Both the position numbers and the translations under genes were made by a program. Shown here in pieces: positions 13,420 to 27,900 of a stretch of 64,000 bases of DNA (within the stretch, counting starts at the first letter, position 1; every line of letters begins with the position of its first letter). A model generated the notes under the pieces. The model had not been told where the DNA came from, made no database searches, and saw only the letters and a program-made list of their open reading frames with translations. The stretch comes from Octopus sinensis (lineage: Eukaryota), in assembly GCF_006345805.1 (NCBI RefSeq), contig NC_042998.1:125488001-125552000 (forward strand), given 5' to 3'.

Positions 13420-16400
13420 GTTTAACGTCCGTTTTCCGCGCTAGCACGGGTTGGACGGTTTCGACCGGGGTCTGGGGAGCTCGGGACTGCCCCAGGCTCC
13501 AGTCTAGTCTGGCAGTGTTTCTACAGCTGGATGCCCTTCCTAACGCCAACCACTCCGCGAGTGTAGTGGGTGTTTTTTACGTGCCACCTGCACAGGTGCC
13601 AGAGGGGTCTGGCATCAGCCACGTTCGGATGGTGCTTTTTTTTATGGGGGGGGGTGCAGAAATATAGGGGAGCACCAGCGGGAGGGGTGGTTCAGAGGAC
13701 AGGTACTAGGCAAGTAGAACGTAGGATATCGAGAGAGGGGTAATGCATGGTGAAATAGCGTATATATATAAAATATTTCTAAAGCTACAAACAGAGCTCA
13801 GGTATTGCAGATTGTATTGAGTGTATATATGTGGTTAATTAAAAATGCTAGAACTTATAAATTAAGTTAAAAAGAAAAATACAATGGTTAAAAATGGAAA
13901 CTGACTGGGCTAGACAAACAAGATTTGCACTTAAGTGCATTAACAAAGAAGCTTTGAAAATAAATTTTTACATGTGTACAAAGCCTCAGAGATATTGAAG
14001 TGAAATATGAAATCGAATATGGTTCATCTTGAGGACATTAGTTACTAATAGGGTCTGAGTGTGAATTTGAAACAATTCTTTATACAGAATCTTCAATGTT
14101 CATATCTACTATGAAAGAGCCCCATATCAAATTTTGGGAAGTTTAAAATAAAAGTAGAATAACCTTCATTCATTCGATATGCATAAGTCTTACATGGATA
14201 AATACACAAAGATAGTTTTAGCCATCAACAATCCTAAGCTCCTAAAAAGTTTTGAGACTGAAATTTGAATAGTAGACCTGATTATTCTTCTCAGATTTAA
14301 GCAAAAACATGATGATTACTTAGCTTTTAACCTCTGTACAGAAATATGTTGTAAATGATCCGTGCTGGCATGAAACACAGATATTAAATAATAATGATGA
14401 TGTAAATAGGAAGATACCAATGTTGACTACAACTAAATAGGGCTCACTGTCATTAGCCTATTATAGCAGCTTATCAAGAGTTATCAGCAGAGCCATAATT
14501 ATACTTACCTTGCCTCTCTCAAAGTAATCAATCATGTCATAATATAACCTCTCTTTCAGTGTTAATTGGGTCTGGTATTCAGGGTACTGATGACTCATGA
14601 GTACAGGTGGAACCGATTTATCAGACCACTGAATAACATAAAATATATTATACATTTATTTGGCAAGAAATTATATTTGCAAGATTAAAATATATATAAA
14701 AAATAAAAACAGTAGTTTGCATTAAATTTTCCTTGAACTTTATCAAAATGTAATGTTAAAGAGAGCATTTTAGTAACACTTATTATTTTTCACGGAGTAA
14801 AATTACAAAATGTCAGTAATACTATCTCAGTAACATATGTACATAATTTAGATTGATTTCAGCAGTACAACTTCCATATATGGCAAAACATTGAAATTTA
14901 CACCAAAACACCAATAAAATATTCATGATTTAAAAAAAATATAATATTCCTACTTACAGATACTAACGAAAATAGGAAGAAAAAATTCAAACATATTTTC
15001 ATATGCTTGAAATTTAAAAATTTAAACAAGCAGTAGTAAATTGGTAGAGAAGGTTATCTGTTATTAAGTGATGCCTATACAGGGTAGTATATAATAGGCT
15101 GCTACAGATAAATTAAGAAGGCTTTAGCAATCCCAGTGCTTTCTCAGTTACAGAAAGTGAAAAGCTGCAGAAGAAGATTTTTGCTTTCCTCTCATCCATC
15201 AAAAACACTTATCAATCTCAAGTATACTAACATCAAGATGTATAAGTCTGCTGTCAGAGAACTGCCTTCCTTAGATTTAAAGGTCACTGATTCTCTGTAC
15301 TATTATGAATTTAATGGTAATCATATTTAATTCCCAATGACATATTTTATATAATAATAATACTCAATATAATGAGAAATGATAAACTAAGCTGAAAAAA
15401 ATAATATAGTCCAAAAAAATTAATATAGTCCTTTTACTTTTGTTCAACATGGTTGAAACAGTAAGGTCCCATACTTGTAGCAAAACAATAAAAACCACTC
15501 AAAATGTTGAAGCAATTAAGATTTGTTATTTTGTTTGAATTTTTAGAGTTGTCAAAACATCAGCAAAAGTACATTACTGCTTAACAAGAAAATGAAATAT
15601 TAATAAATTAGTCATGTATTCAACAAGACACAAACACCATTTATAAATATATATAAAATAATACACATCGCTCTACTTAATAAAGTCCAGATATAACTGG
15701 GGTTTTTTTATTTGATATTTTTAAAAACTTTATTTTTTCAGTGGTATTTATTTTATCAACTCAGTCCGGTTCAAACTCAGAAGACAAATGGACACAACTG
15801 TTTCTACCAATCTGCTTAACAAAACATAAAATGAAACTTGGGTTGGAGGAAATATTTTTTAGATACTGTAGTTCTGTACTTACTTCAAGCATATTAGCAT
15901 ACAAATTGAGGGCACAGGCAGCTTCAGTAAAATTATCACAGTCTAAATGCAGGTCACACAGTTTATGCAGGTAGCGAACATATAGTTCTTCACGACAAAT
16001 TTCATGATAAAAATTCTTTAAAAAGAAAGCAAAAAACATTAAATAATGAAACCAATTGTAGGATAAAAGGTAACTTACATTATCATCCCATAACAGAAAA
16101 AAAAAAAAAAAGACAAGATATAATTTTTACATCTTTTTTCATGCCAGAAAAATAGGGAAATTTCCAAATAATGGACATTTGCATTCACAACTAAGCAGTT
16201 ATCCTCATAATTCAGTTGAGAAATTATAAGGGTGAAGTACAATAATTTAAAAACACTTTGTCCAGTATAGATATTTTTAATTATTTAATTCATGAAATAA
16301 TTGCCTTAAATTATGTAGTTATAAAATATGGATTTAAAATTAAATTATGATATTTATGTAGTTAACTGGCAGAATTGTTACCATACCAGGCAAAATGTCA

Positions 16401-18869
16401 CTACGCATTTTGCCCATCTTTGCATTCTGAGTTCAAATGCCACCATGGTCAACTTTGCCTTTCATCCTTTTGGTGTCAATAAAATAAGTACCAGTTGAGC
16501 ACTGGGGTGGATTAATCAACTTACTGCTCCCTCAAATTGCTGGCCTTGTGTCAAAATTTGAAACCAATATTTATATAGCTAACTCAAAATTTTTTTAACG
16601 TTTATTTTTACATATCAAAATGAATGGGGTAGGTACTGTTAATTTAGATATTTGTGTGAGAACTGCTAGATTTCAGTATTTTTACTGCAGAATGCTTTTA
16701 TGAAGTAGGACTGATGCTTGTTGTTACAGTCAAGCAGACTGAGACAAACAGATACCCTAACTAAAATCATAATGCACCACCTACAGAAAAAGTTAAACTC
16801 ATTGCCATATGCTCAGTAGCTTATTACTTTAAAATAGCAGCCAATATGTAAACTTGAAGTAACTGTCAGAAATTCTTAAAAGCAGAAATAGAAAATGTAA
16901 ATTTCAGAGAAAAAAAATCAGTACAACTTACCAACAAATTTACAATACAACTCATTCTATGATCCTTAACTTCATCTTGGATCATTGTTCTATACTGTAA
17001 CAGCCGTTGTAGTAGCTTACGGATCATCTCAACAAATACTTCTCCTTGTTGTGCCATCTGTTTATGCTTTTCAAATAAATCTTTCAAGCTAACATAGACA
17101 AAAATATTAAATGAATTATATCAAGAAAATGTGATACTGCCAAAGGTTATCAGAAAATCAATGAAATATTAAAAACAAAGAGTTATGACATCATCAGAAG
17201 AGCAATACTTGCGACTTTATTTAGGATCTCCAAGACTGATTTAGGCTTGAAGAAAAGAAGTAACTTACCATCAGATGGGAAACCTGATTTGAGCACTTTC
17301 AGCTGAGTGGATTTCACTAAAGGCCCTCATGGCCAGGTAGTGATATTAAACTCAAGACAAATTAAGTCTACCACCCAAGAACAGCAATAATTTCCCCAAT
17401 GAATGTCCCCAGTTTAATTTATTAAATTTCACTCACAAGGCTTTCATTAACTGTGGCTATGGTAGAAGATACATTCCCAAAGTGTAACAAAATGGGATTG
17501 AAACCAAAACCTCATTGTTGAGAAGTAAACCTATTAACCACATAACCATGCTTGCACCTTTACAGATTTCCAGATGTATGCCACTCATTCTTTTGATAAA
17601 GATCAAGTCTGTTAAAAATCAATATTGATATACAAGCATTTCATGTTTTATATTATCTTCTAAGTAGCTTGAGATCAGAATACAAAAGCTTTTTTTTTTT
17701 GTTGTTTTAATTAGGATCCAAATTAGGATATTCGTAAGTTTATATAAATGATTTCTGACTTATGTTCAAGACCAGCAATTTGAAGGAGAGGGTAAGTTGG
17801 TACCATCAAATCCTGTACTTGACTGGTATTTTATTTTATCAACTCCCAATAGGATGAAAAGCAAAGCTGACCTTGATGAATTCAAATGCAGAATACAGAG
17901 AGCAGTGATTAAATACCACTAGGCATTTTGTTTGATGTCCTAACAATTCTGACAGTCTATTAATTTTAAGACTTGATAATGTCAATAATGTAAGTTGCTA
18001 AGTTGCATACAAATAGAAAATAGTACATTTTCATATTCTTTTTCTCTTATAGGTGAAAGGGCATGAAGAAATGCTTCTAGGCAAAAAATGAGTAAGTCTT
18101 GGAAACTTTTTTTTTCAAGATACAAAAATGCTCAACAATGGAATCATCATCATCATCGTTTGATGTCTGTTTTCCGTGCTGACATGGGTTGGATGGTTTG
18201 ACTGGAGACTGGCAAGCCAGGAAGCCGCACCAGGCTCCAATCTGATCTGGCAGAGTTTCTACAGATGGATGCCCTTCCTAACGCCAACCACTGAGAGTGT
18301 AGTGGGTGTTTTTTATGTGCCACCAGCATGGGAGCCAGTCAGGTGGCACTGGCATCAGCCATGTTCAGATGGTGCTTTTTATGTGTCACCAGCACGGGGA
18401 GCCAGTCAGGTGGTTCTGGCAGCGACACACACATGAATGAATGGTGCTTATTGTGTGCCTCCAGCACTGGTAATGGCCACTTCTCACAAAGCCATCATAT
18501 ATAATGATATACCAGATAACATTTAGAAAGAATCTGTCAGTTTCACAGATATCATAATTTCCTAATTATGGAAAAATCTGAAAAAATCTTTCTTATCAAA
18601 CTAACAGATACATTCACCAAAATTCAAAAATCAATGGCTGAGTCAAAAATACGTGAAGCATGGATAACAACTGAAAAACTCATCACAAATATTTATTGCT
18701 AATTTGATATTTCAAAAAATACTTACATTTCATACATAAGTTCCATGTATTCTTCATCACCACAGCCACCTTCAACAAGTACATCAAGCTGAGTTACTAT
18801 TTGGTTTTCAACCTAAAATAAATAAATAAAATAAAACAGATAAATATTCTCTCTCCATCTCTTTCTCTT

Positions 18870-18922
<53 letters not shown>

Positions 18923-21900
18923 TAATACTTTTGAAAAATTCTTATTTGAATTTTCTAAGATTTTAGAAATTTCAAACTTGGAAACATTTGGGCTCAGTCG
19001 CTATGGAAATTAGACATGTAACTTCTTGAATTGTTTAAAATGAAGACAACATAGATAGCAGTCTAGAAAAGAATGTTAAGACATGTGACATGGGATACAG
19101 AAGGATTTGAATCTGGAATGCAGCCATCTGAATGATTGTGCAATACCATGGTAAAAAGCTGATACTTATAATATCTGGGTTGGTTAGTTCTACAAATTTA
19201 TATGAATACCTGAACTATTACAGTAGGTGTTTTACAATAGGATGCTTTCACTAATGTTATTGATTTAACCATAAATTTGTAGTGTTTTTTTATTGTTAAG
19301 TACTTTTACTTAACTTTGCTAGAGCAGCTCTAAAGTATGAGGGTAACCAAACTAATTTCTGAGAGCAACTCACACACTTGGCATATTGAATGTTTCATAT
19401 TTCTAATAATCAAGGTGAATATTACCAAACAGTGGAGTGGAAAGTCAATGTGATAACAATACTGCACTCAGTGCAGTATGGACATATCTGAGGATGTTCG
19501 GTAGGATAGTGCAGTAATGAGAGCAAGCATATCTTGGATAGGTTAAAGTGTGGCAGTCAAGGTAAGATATGTGGGGTACACCGAGTTACTGTGTCAGGGA
19601 AGTGCATCAGTTTGGTCAAGTTGCATCTTGGTTTTTCAGCATGTTATTAGTACCTGGTACTCAGTTAAAAAGCTCAGTGTTTCCCAAAGTGAGTTTTAGG
19701 TAACCCCAGATTCTGTGGAAAAAGCTCTGAGGTTCCATAAAATAAGGCATCATTTGATAGTATTTGATAATTATATTTTATGGTATTCTCTTGCTTCAAC
19801 ATAATCTGTTTCAAAGTTAGGGTGGTTGAGGTCGTCTATCAAATACAGGTAAGGGTTTCATGATTACTGGAAAATCATATAAAGGGTATTGTTGTATAAA
19901 GGATATATTAGACAAAATGGAATAAGCAGAATAAGAGAAGACACATGGGATTGAGAGTTGATGAAGAAGTTACAGGATGTGTGACGAAAGAGCTTTGACA
20001 AAGAAACTAAAACAATAGTAATAAAGCTAAAGTGAAGAGCAAATATATAGTGTGTGTGTGTGTGTGTGTTTAATTGGCAAAATATGACCATCCCCAAGTA
20101 TAACAATATCTGTTTCAACTACATAAATGTAACATATAAAAAATTCTATGACAAAATTAATTTGGAAACTACTAAAATACATTGAACAATTTTAAAATGG
20201 ATGTCTTAAATCAACATAAAGAATAACAACATAAAACAGTAAAGACATAACATTTACCTCAGAAAAATTATTTTTAGAGTTTCGTCCATCTGGTGAGATT
20301 TGCTGAAACTCACACTGCATCATGTCAAAGAAGATTGGAATAGTGGCTTTCCTCAAAACTGTTTCATACAAGAACAATTGGTTATGAAAGCAGAAAATAT
20401 GGAAGAAAAAAAACAGTTAAAGACAAATGAAATATTTTTGAATGACAGAAATTTATTATTTGTGTTTAATTTGAAAGTGTGGTGAATATTGTAGCCGAAG
20501 TGGTAAAACACCTGGTGAATTAAATTATTTGGGATCCAAGTTTGCATCGCTAACTCTAACCATTTCCCTTACAACATTTACTGCTCTTTGGAAGACTATA
20601 TTGTTTCACATTTATGTCCAATTAATCTCTGAAGATAGTAGAGCTGATTACATATAGATGGACATCTTTCAATTACAAAATATCAAACAAATGATTATTT
20701 TCAAACAAGTTAGCAAGCAGAATAATGATATGGTAGAAGTGGATGACAGACGTAGTAGAGAAATCTTGCTTCAATTCCTCTTCCTAGCTCCATTCGCTAA
20801 ACTTAAGCAAAAAAGCCCCAGGTCCTATAAGTCATTCATTAAATATCAATTTATTTGATTGGGCATGAGATCAACTTTTGTAGGAAAATTAAATTGGCTT
20901 CAATACATTACTGATAGTTACTATTTTGTTACACGAAATCCTTCATACTGAAGAGCACTGTACTCTGGAACCATCTCATCATCATCCAATATTACAATAG
21001 ACTAATTTCTATATCATCATGTTCTATAATAACTGCATAAATATAAAACTTTTACTCATCCACTATTCTATTTCATTCTTTCAATTTAAGATATAGTTAA
21101 TAGAAATGCCGTAGTATATTATTAATACATTTTTTATTATTCTCTCCATCACAACTTCCATAAAAGAATGAACACTAAATGTATCCAAGAAATAGTACTT
21201 ACTAGTTTCAGGAATAAGTGTCATCTCCAAAATTTTACCAACCAAATCAGGAATGAACCGGTGTTTGTTTTGATCTACAATAGAAATACATCATCATTAA
21301 CATCATATATCACTGTTATAAAGATGGTTTTGAGACATTTGATGGGATACCCAAAAGTATTCAGGATAATTTATCTAGCATATCAGTTTGGGTTCAACTT
21401 CCTTGTTTGATCAGCAATCTAGCCATAACCCATTTTGTCTTAATTCATATGAAATTGTTAAATGAACTGCTGAGCATTGGACTTCCAAGCTTACAGGGCG
21501 TGCTTCAAATTCATTGCAAGTATTTCAGTCACTCTGGACAGAAAATTTTATTGTATGTACTGTAGTTTACCTAACCTTCAGGACTCATCATTATCATCAT
21601 CATCGTTTAACGTCCACTTTCCATGCTGGCATGGGTTGGACAGTTTGACTGAGGACTGGTGAGCCAGAGGCTGCACCAGGCTCAATCTGATCTGGCAAAG
21701 TTTCTACAGCTAGATGCCCTTCCTAACTCCAACCACTCAGAGTGTAGTGGGTGCTTTTATGTGACACCAGCATGAGGGCCAGTCAGGCAGTTCTGGCAAC
21801 GACCACGCTCAAAAAATGTTTTTTAACTGCTACCTGCACAGGAGCCAGCCAGGTGGGACTGGCAACAACCACACTTGAATGTTGTTTTTCACGTGCCACC

Positions 21901-24900
21901 GGCATGTGCCAGTAGGGCAACTCTGGCAACAATCACACTCAAATGGTGCTTTTCAATTACCACTGGCATGGGAGCCAATCTGTGGCCCTGGCAACGATCA
22001 CACTCGGATGTGCTTTTTAATATTCCACTGGCACGAGTGCCAATCAGGCGGTATTGTCATCGGCCACGTCAGTGATTTTGATTTTGATTTCATTTGCCTC
22101 AATAGCTCTTCGCAAGCAAAGTTTATTGTCCAATGAACGAAGGGTATGCATAAGTGGGCTGGTTACACCCACCGGCATAGGCCATGGGCTCACTTGGCTT
22201 GTTGGGTTTTCTCAAGCACAGCGTATCTCCAAAGGTCTTGGTCACTAGTCATTACCTCGGTAAGGCGCAATATTTGAAGGTCGTGCATCACCACCTCATC
22301 GCAGGTTTTCCTGGGTCTACCTCTTCCACAGGTTCCCTCAACTGCTAGGGTGTGACACTTTTTTACACAGCTGTCCTCATTCATTCGCAACACATGACCA
22401 TACCAGCACAGTCATCTCTCTTGTACACCACATCTGATGCTTCTTAAGTCCAACTTTTTTCTCAGGGCGTTTACACTGTCATGTATGCACACTGACATTA
22501 CACGTCAGCGGAGCATATTGGCTTCATTCTTTGCAAACTTATGCATGTCCTCAACAGTCACAGCCCATATTTCACTGCCATGTAGCATGGCTGTTCGTAC
22601 ACATGCGTCATACAGTCTACCTTTTACTCTGAGCGAGAGGCCCTTTGTCACCAGCAGAGGCAGGAGCTCTCTGAACTTTACCCAGTTTTCATATTTTCTG
22701 AAGAGTGTTTCCTGCACTAAACTGGTGCTTGACTTAAATATTCTGACCTAAGATTTAAGACTTGCTTTAAATTTACAAATACTTTGGATGTTTGAAGCAG
22801 TTGTCTTTACACACTGAGATATGTTTATTCTATGACAGTCACAAAGACAAACCAGTGAGAGATTTTTCTGATGCATTTAGAAACTAAATCTTCTTTAACA
22901 CCCTACTAATTCAAAATGGGAACTATATAATTTAAATCATAATAGATGTTATCATATATACTCTCCCATAAGGTAAAACACTGATGTTTTTAATTCTAGT
23001 GACACAATGTAAACATTAGAAATCTAAGTTGTTGACAATGGTGATTGTTGGGGTCAAATAAATGTATTTAAAAAATTTTTTATGTCAAAATTTGATATGA
23101 AAAAAATTTATAATATCAAGGCAGAAATACAACATAGGCAACTAAAATGTTTAAGTTACATACCCAGTTTGAACCACATGCTTCGAATTTCAAACCCCAT
23201 CTCTCGTCGCATGTCTTTATATCTGAAGTGGCAAAAAGTAAATTGAGAGAGAAAGAGAGAGAAAAGCAGGAAGAGAATATTATTCACATAAAAAGAAACC
23301 TAATAACATTCAAAGAGTATAGCTTATGTTTAAACTATTTCTAAGATTTAAAGAACTAAGAAATAGAGTTGCAATTGGTAGGGTATTTGGCTAACTGAAT
23401 GAGGTGCTAATAGCTCATATTTTGTTGGTGTAATGTTGAATATCTCAATGGTCTTATTAACCTAGTTGTAAATAGGTATCACAAGAGGATATGGTTCATC
23501 ACCATAAGTCGTAAAGAACATGGACATTATATAAATGGTAAATGTTTGATTAGCTTTCAGTACTTAGCTCAAATTTTCCTCTCAGTCAAGAGTGATCTGA
23601 AGCTTTGTGTTTCTTATCATAGGGTACAAACAAATGCATGCATGTATGCCTGTTCTTCCATCCATCCATCTCTCTCCTCCCCTAACACACACATAGTAGG
23701 ACTCAGGCATGGTTGTATGGTTTAGAAATTCACTTAAACAATCCTGTAATTCAGGATTTGATCTCACAGTATGGAGCCCTGGACAAGTCACTTCTACCAT
23801 AGCCTTGGATTGACCAAATCATGTGAATGAAATTGGGTACACAGAAAACCTGAAAGAGGACTGTACTTAGATAGTAGACTTAATCTGTCACCAAGTTAAC
23901 ACCCACAACTGGCAGAATCTACTTTGTTGTAAGTATATAAGCCATGTTTTTGGTCTGAGTTGTGATTTCTTCCTCTTTTAACTCCACCAGTTTTGGTGAC
24001 TATGCAAAACATCATGTCATTACCTCTTCACTTCTGACTAAGCCATAAAATATCTGACTTCAGCTAATGATCCCTCAGCTCATTAAATTAAGATTAGATA
24101 ATCAGCGATCCGTAAATACATTAATCACATCAATGTTTAGAAGTATTGTTTCAAATGGTGGTGAGAGCAGAGTCATGAGAGCTTTTTTGTACAGAGGAGA
24201 GATTTCTGGTATAGGTGGTGGGGGCGGGAATGAGAGGGCACATCACAAATAAGGAGACAGATAAACTGCTCTTTTCCAAGTTATGACAGAAATAATGACA
24301 GAGGGTGAATGTAGAAATCAGGGAAGTAAGATTGTAAAAATTAAAGCAGGGAAGGGCCAGGGTGCATATCACTAATAAGTGACAAAATTATGATTATAAG
24401 TTGGCTTAAATTGCATTTCAACATAATTAGAAAGCTTAAAAAAATACAAGAGTGCTGAAAAGTTCCTGGCTTTAAAGGTATTACAAAAGGCCTGGTTGAC
24501 GGCCCAACCTTCTAAGTTCTTTTACAGGACTTAGAAAAACTGAAGGACTGCTGCAATAAGTGTATGAATCTGATGGAGGAATATGTTTCATAAAATCATA
24601 ATTAACTAATCCTCCTGTATTTTCTTTTACTCAAAGCCAGGAACTTTTCAGTGACCCCTCACATGTAATAAACAGTCTTGTGTATTTAATTGATCTGCAG
24701 ACTATTTTCTCATGTAAGATGTCAAATAGAACAAACAGCTTTCTATCATCAATAATCTACTGAAAATCTTACCTGGCTATAATTTTACTTCTTTTATTAA
24801 GAGAGAATTTCTCCAGTTGCAATGGCTTTTGTGTAAGAAATGATACTGCACAGAAGAAGAATCCATTCCATAGCTAGAAATCAAATAAAAGGAGTCACTT

Positions 24901-27900
24901 AATTGACTTTCTTCAATACTTCAGCAGTATAGTCTTTCTTTTTGATTAAAAAAATATTTAGTAATTCAAAACTTTTATTCCTTAAACATAAGAAACTTGC
25001 ACAGCTGAGCAATATTATTCTTCGATTGAATGACAGAGTTTCATCCAAGAATGATATCATCATCATCATTGCTTAACGTCCGCTTTCCATGCTGGCATGG
25101 GTTGGATGGCTCGACTGAAGACTGTCATGCCAGAAGGCTGCACCAGGCTCCAATCTGATCTGGCAAGGTTTCTACAGCTGGATGCCCTTCCTAATGCCAA
25201 CCTCTCTGAGAGTGTAGTGTGTGCTTTTTATGTGCCAGTCAGGCAGCACTGAGAATGACCACACTTAAATGGAGCTTTTTATATGCCACTGGCATGGGAG
25301 CTAGTCAGGTGGCACTAGCAACAACCAGGAGGCACTGGCAATGGCCGGCACTGTATGTTTTATCTTTATAAATGGCTTATTCATTAATAAATTTTTTTTT
25401 TAAATGTGGTACCATCAAAAAGAGACATATTCTCACAATATTAGTGATGAAACTCTCTTGTTATGATTATTCAGGTAAAACATTAATGTGAGATTTCATA
25501 AAAAATTTTAAACAAGACACCAGAATCAAGATACATGCAGTTTGAAAGACAATTGCTATTAATTTTAAAAGGAAGGCAGGGTTCTTTGAGACTGCAGTAA
25601 AAATAGCAGAAAATACACATGTTTGTAAGTTTCCATGCTTCCTATCAGTTATAGAACTGTCATAGAGCCCTACTGTCTTCATCATTAAGTAAACAAGGAT
25701 ATGATGCAAAAAGTGATGCATTGTTACTATGTAATAATTGTAGAGTAATACAACTATTTACAAGAAACAAACTCAATGGAAAACCTATTAAATAAAATCT
25801 TCCTAAGTAAAAAGAGGGCAGTGAAAAAAAAAATCTACAACCTTCTCACTATATAAATTATAAAACAAGGAGGACACAGAAAAATGAAATCTGTTCCCAA
25901 ATTCAATGCAGGATTCTGCAAACTTATATTTCTATATTTTGCACAAATTTTTACAATTCATTTTCTTATTGTTATTGCTTTGCATCTACTTTTCAAGGCA
26001 AGTCTGAGTGGTATAGGTCTTTGAAATTTGGATATTTACATATTGTTGAAATAAAATGTTTTTATAGCTTGATGCTCTTCATTTGTCTCTATATTGAAAG
26101 GAATAAAAAAATATATATTTAACTGATACCTACCTCATATTCAAATGGATCAGAAAAGCTACTTTTTATTGTTGTGGCAAAAAACCTCAAGGCTCGAAGA
26201 ATGATGCTGTTGGAAGATTAAATAAAGATTAAATATAAATACAAATTATTAGTAGGAATGTTTAAAAAAAATTACAATAATTTGAATTAAAAGATTTACA
26301 CAAGTCATAAATCAACCGAAAACTAAATACCTGTTTTGATGCAAAATCATCTCATTCCAGTCATTCTTGTAGACATTCTCAGTTATTAAATGTTGTAGAA
26401 TCATGAGTATTTCAGTAAGGAAATCAAGCAAATCAAAACGTGTTGCAAAGCTGTTAATATACACAGTGTAGTGATGCTGAGTCATTTGACTGAGAATGGC
26501 CATCATTATCGCAACATAGTTGCCCTGGAGTTATAGAAGGTAAAAGCAAAGACATCATTACACCGTCTGATACTAGGTGACTAAACAAGGTTTTAGCTTT
26601 ATTATTTATTTTGTTTTATAGGTTCAACAAGCTCAAGCTTTATGATGGATGTGACATTCATTATGTGTTCCTTAAGTAAGTTTGAAAAATGTTGACAAAT
26701 CACAAAATTTATCTATAAATAACTGAGAATATATTTACTATTAAGTTGTTTCACTCACTCAGATAATAGTATATTACAGCTGATGTGTGCTTAATGTGCT
26801 GTGATCTTGCATTAAAAGCTATTTACTACAGCCATTTTGTTACATCCCTCTAAAGGTATATAACATTAGTTGCATGACTTTGTCTGGCAAATACAAAACA
26901 CTAACACCTTTATTCATGATTGACAGCATTTGTTAACTTGAATTAATTGTGATCACCAATTTATGTTGGAGTCTGGATATTAAAACATACACATGAAACA
27001 ACTATAAGAACTTACCACAAGACTTTGATTCCAATCCATCTGAATAATTGTTTGAATCACAGTTCTGAATATCTTTTGGATCATTATTGACAAATCATCA
27101 ACCTACAAAATTAATTATAAATAAATAAACAAAATCATCTTTTTTTTTAACAAATTCAACAAACAAATTTTATTTTACTGAGCTATTTTACTAGCAGATT
27201 AAATTACAGTGTAATGGATAAGGATGGATACTTATGGATTGTGTGGAGTATCAAGTTCTTGACACTACAGTACAAATATCAAACTCATAGAAATGTTAAG
27301 CCTTGTAAAGCCATCATCAGAGCTCAGACAGCTCTAGTTGCTGTATTGCCAAAAAGCCAGTTGTATATAGGCTATGTATAAAAAGCATATAACCCACTTG
27401 AGGATATGCTAATTTTATATTGGATTAAATTTGATGATAATCATCATTTATCATCTGCCTTTCATGCTAGCATAGGTTGGATTGATAACAGCTTAAAAAA
27501 TTATTAAAAGATCATCAGAGCATGAAAGATTTGCCTCGCTGAAATTAACCAAACTCTGATGGGAACTTGAAACCTAAAACATCAGTAAATTTAACAGCCA
27601 TGCTGTGTGACCAAGGTCTATATTCTCTTTTCATACCAAAACTAAATATAATCTTTTAACTTTCATGGTATGCTAATAGTTATAATTTCAAACAGAATTA
27701 TTAGAATAACTTACATTTCTGGAAATTAAGCTAAATCATAAGTGATTGAAATGTAATAGAATAAGACTCATTAATTAAGTTGAACTCCAGTAGCAATAAT
27801 TGTGTAGTGTAAGAAAGAATTAGTGTGGAATTAGATGATTTTAGCAAGAAAAACAAATAATTAAATTACATTTCTTGTACAGTAGAAACTGTCCATGATA

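Noticed and set aside
19676-19830. CAGTGTTTCCCAAAGTG as a hAT terminus
   Set aside because: No matching right terminus or target duplication found
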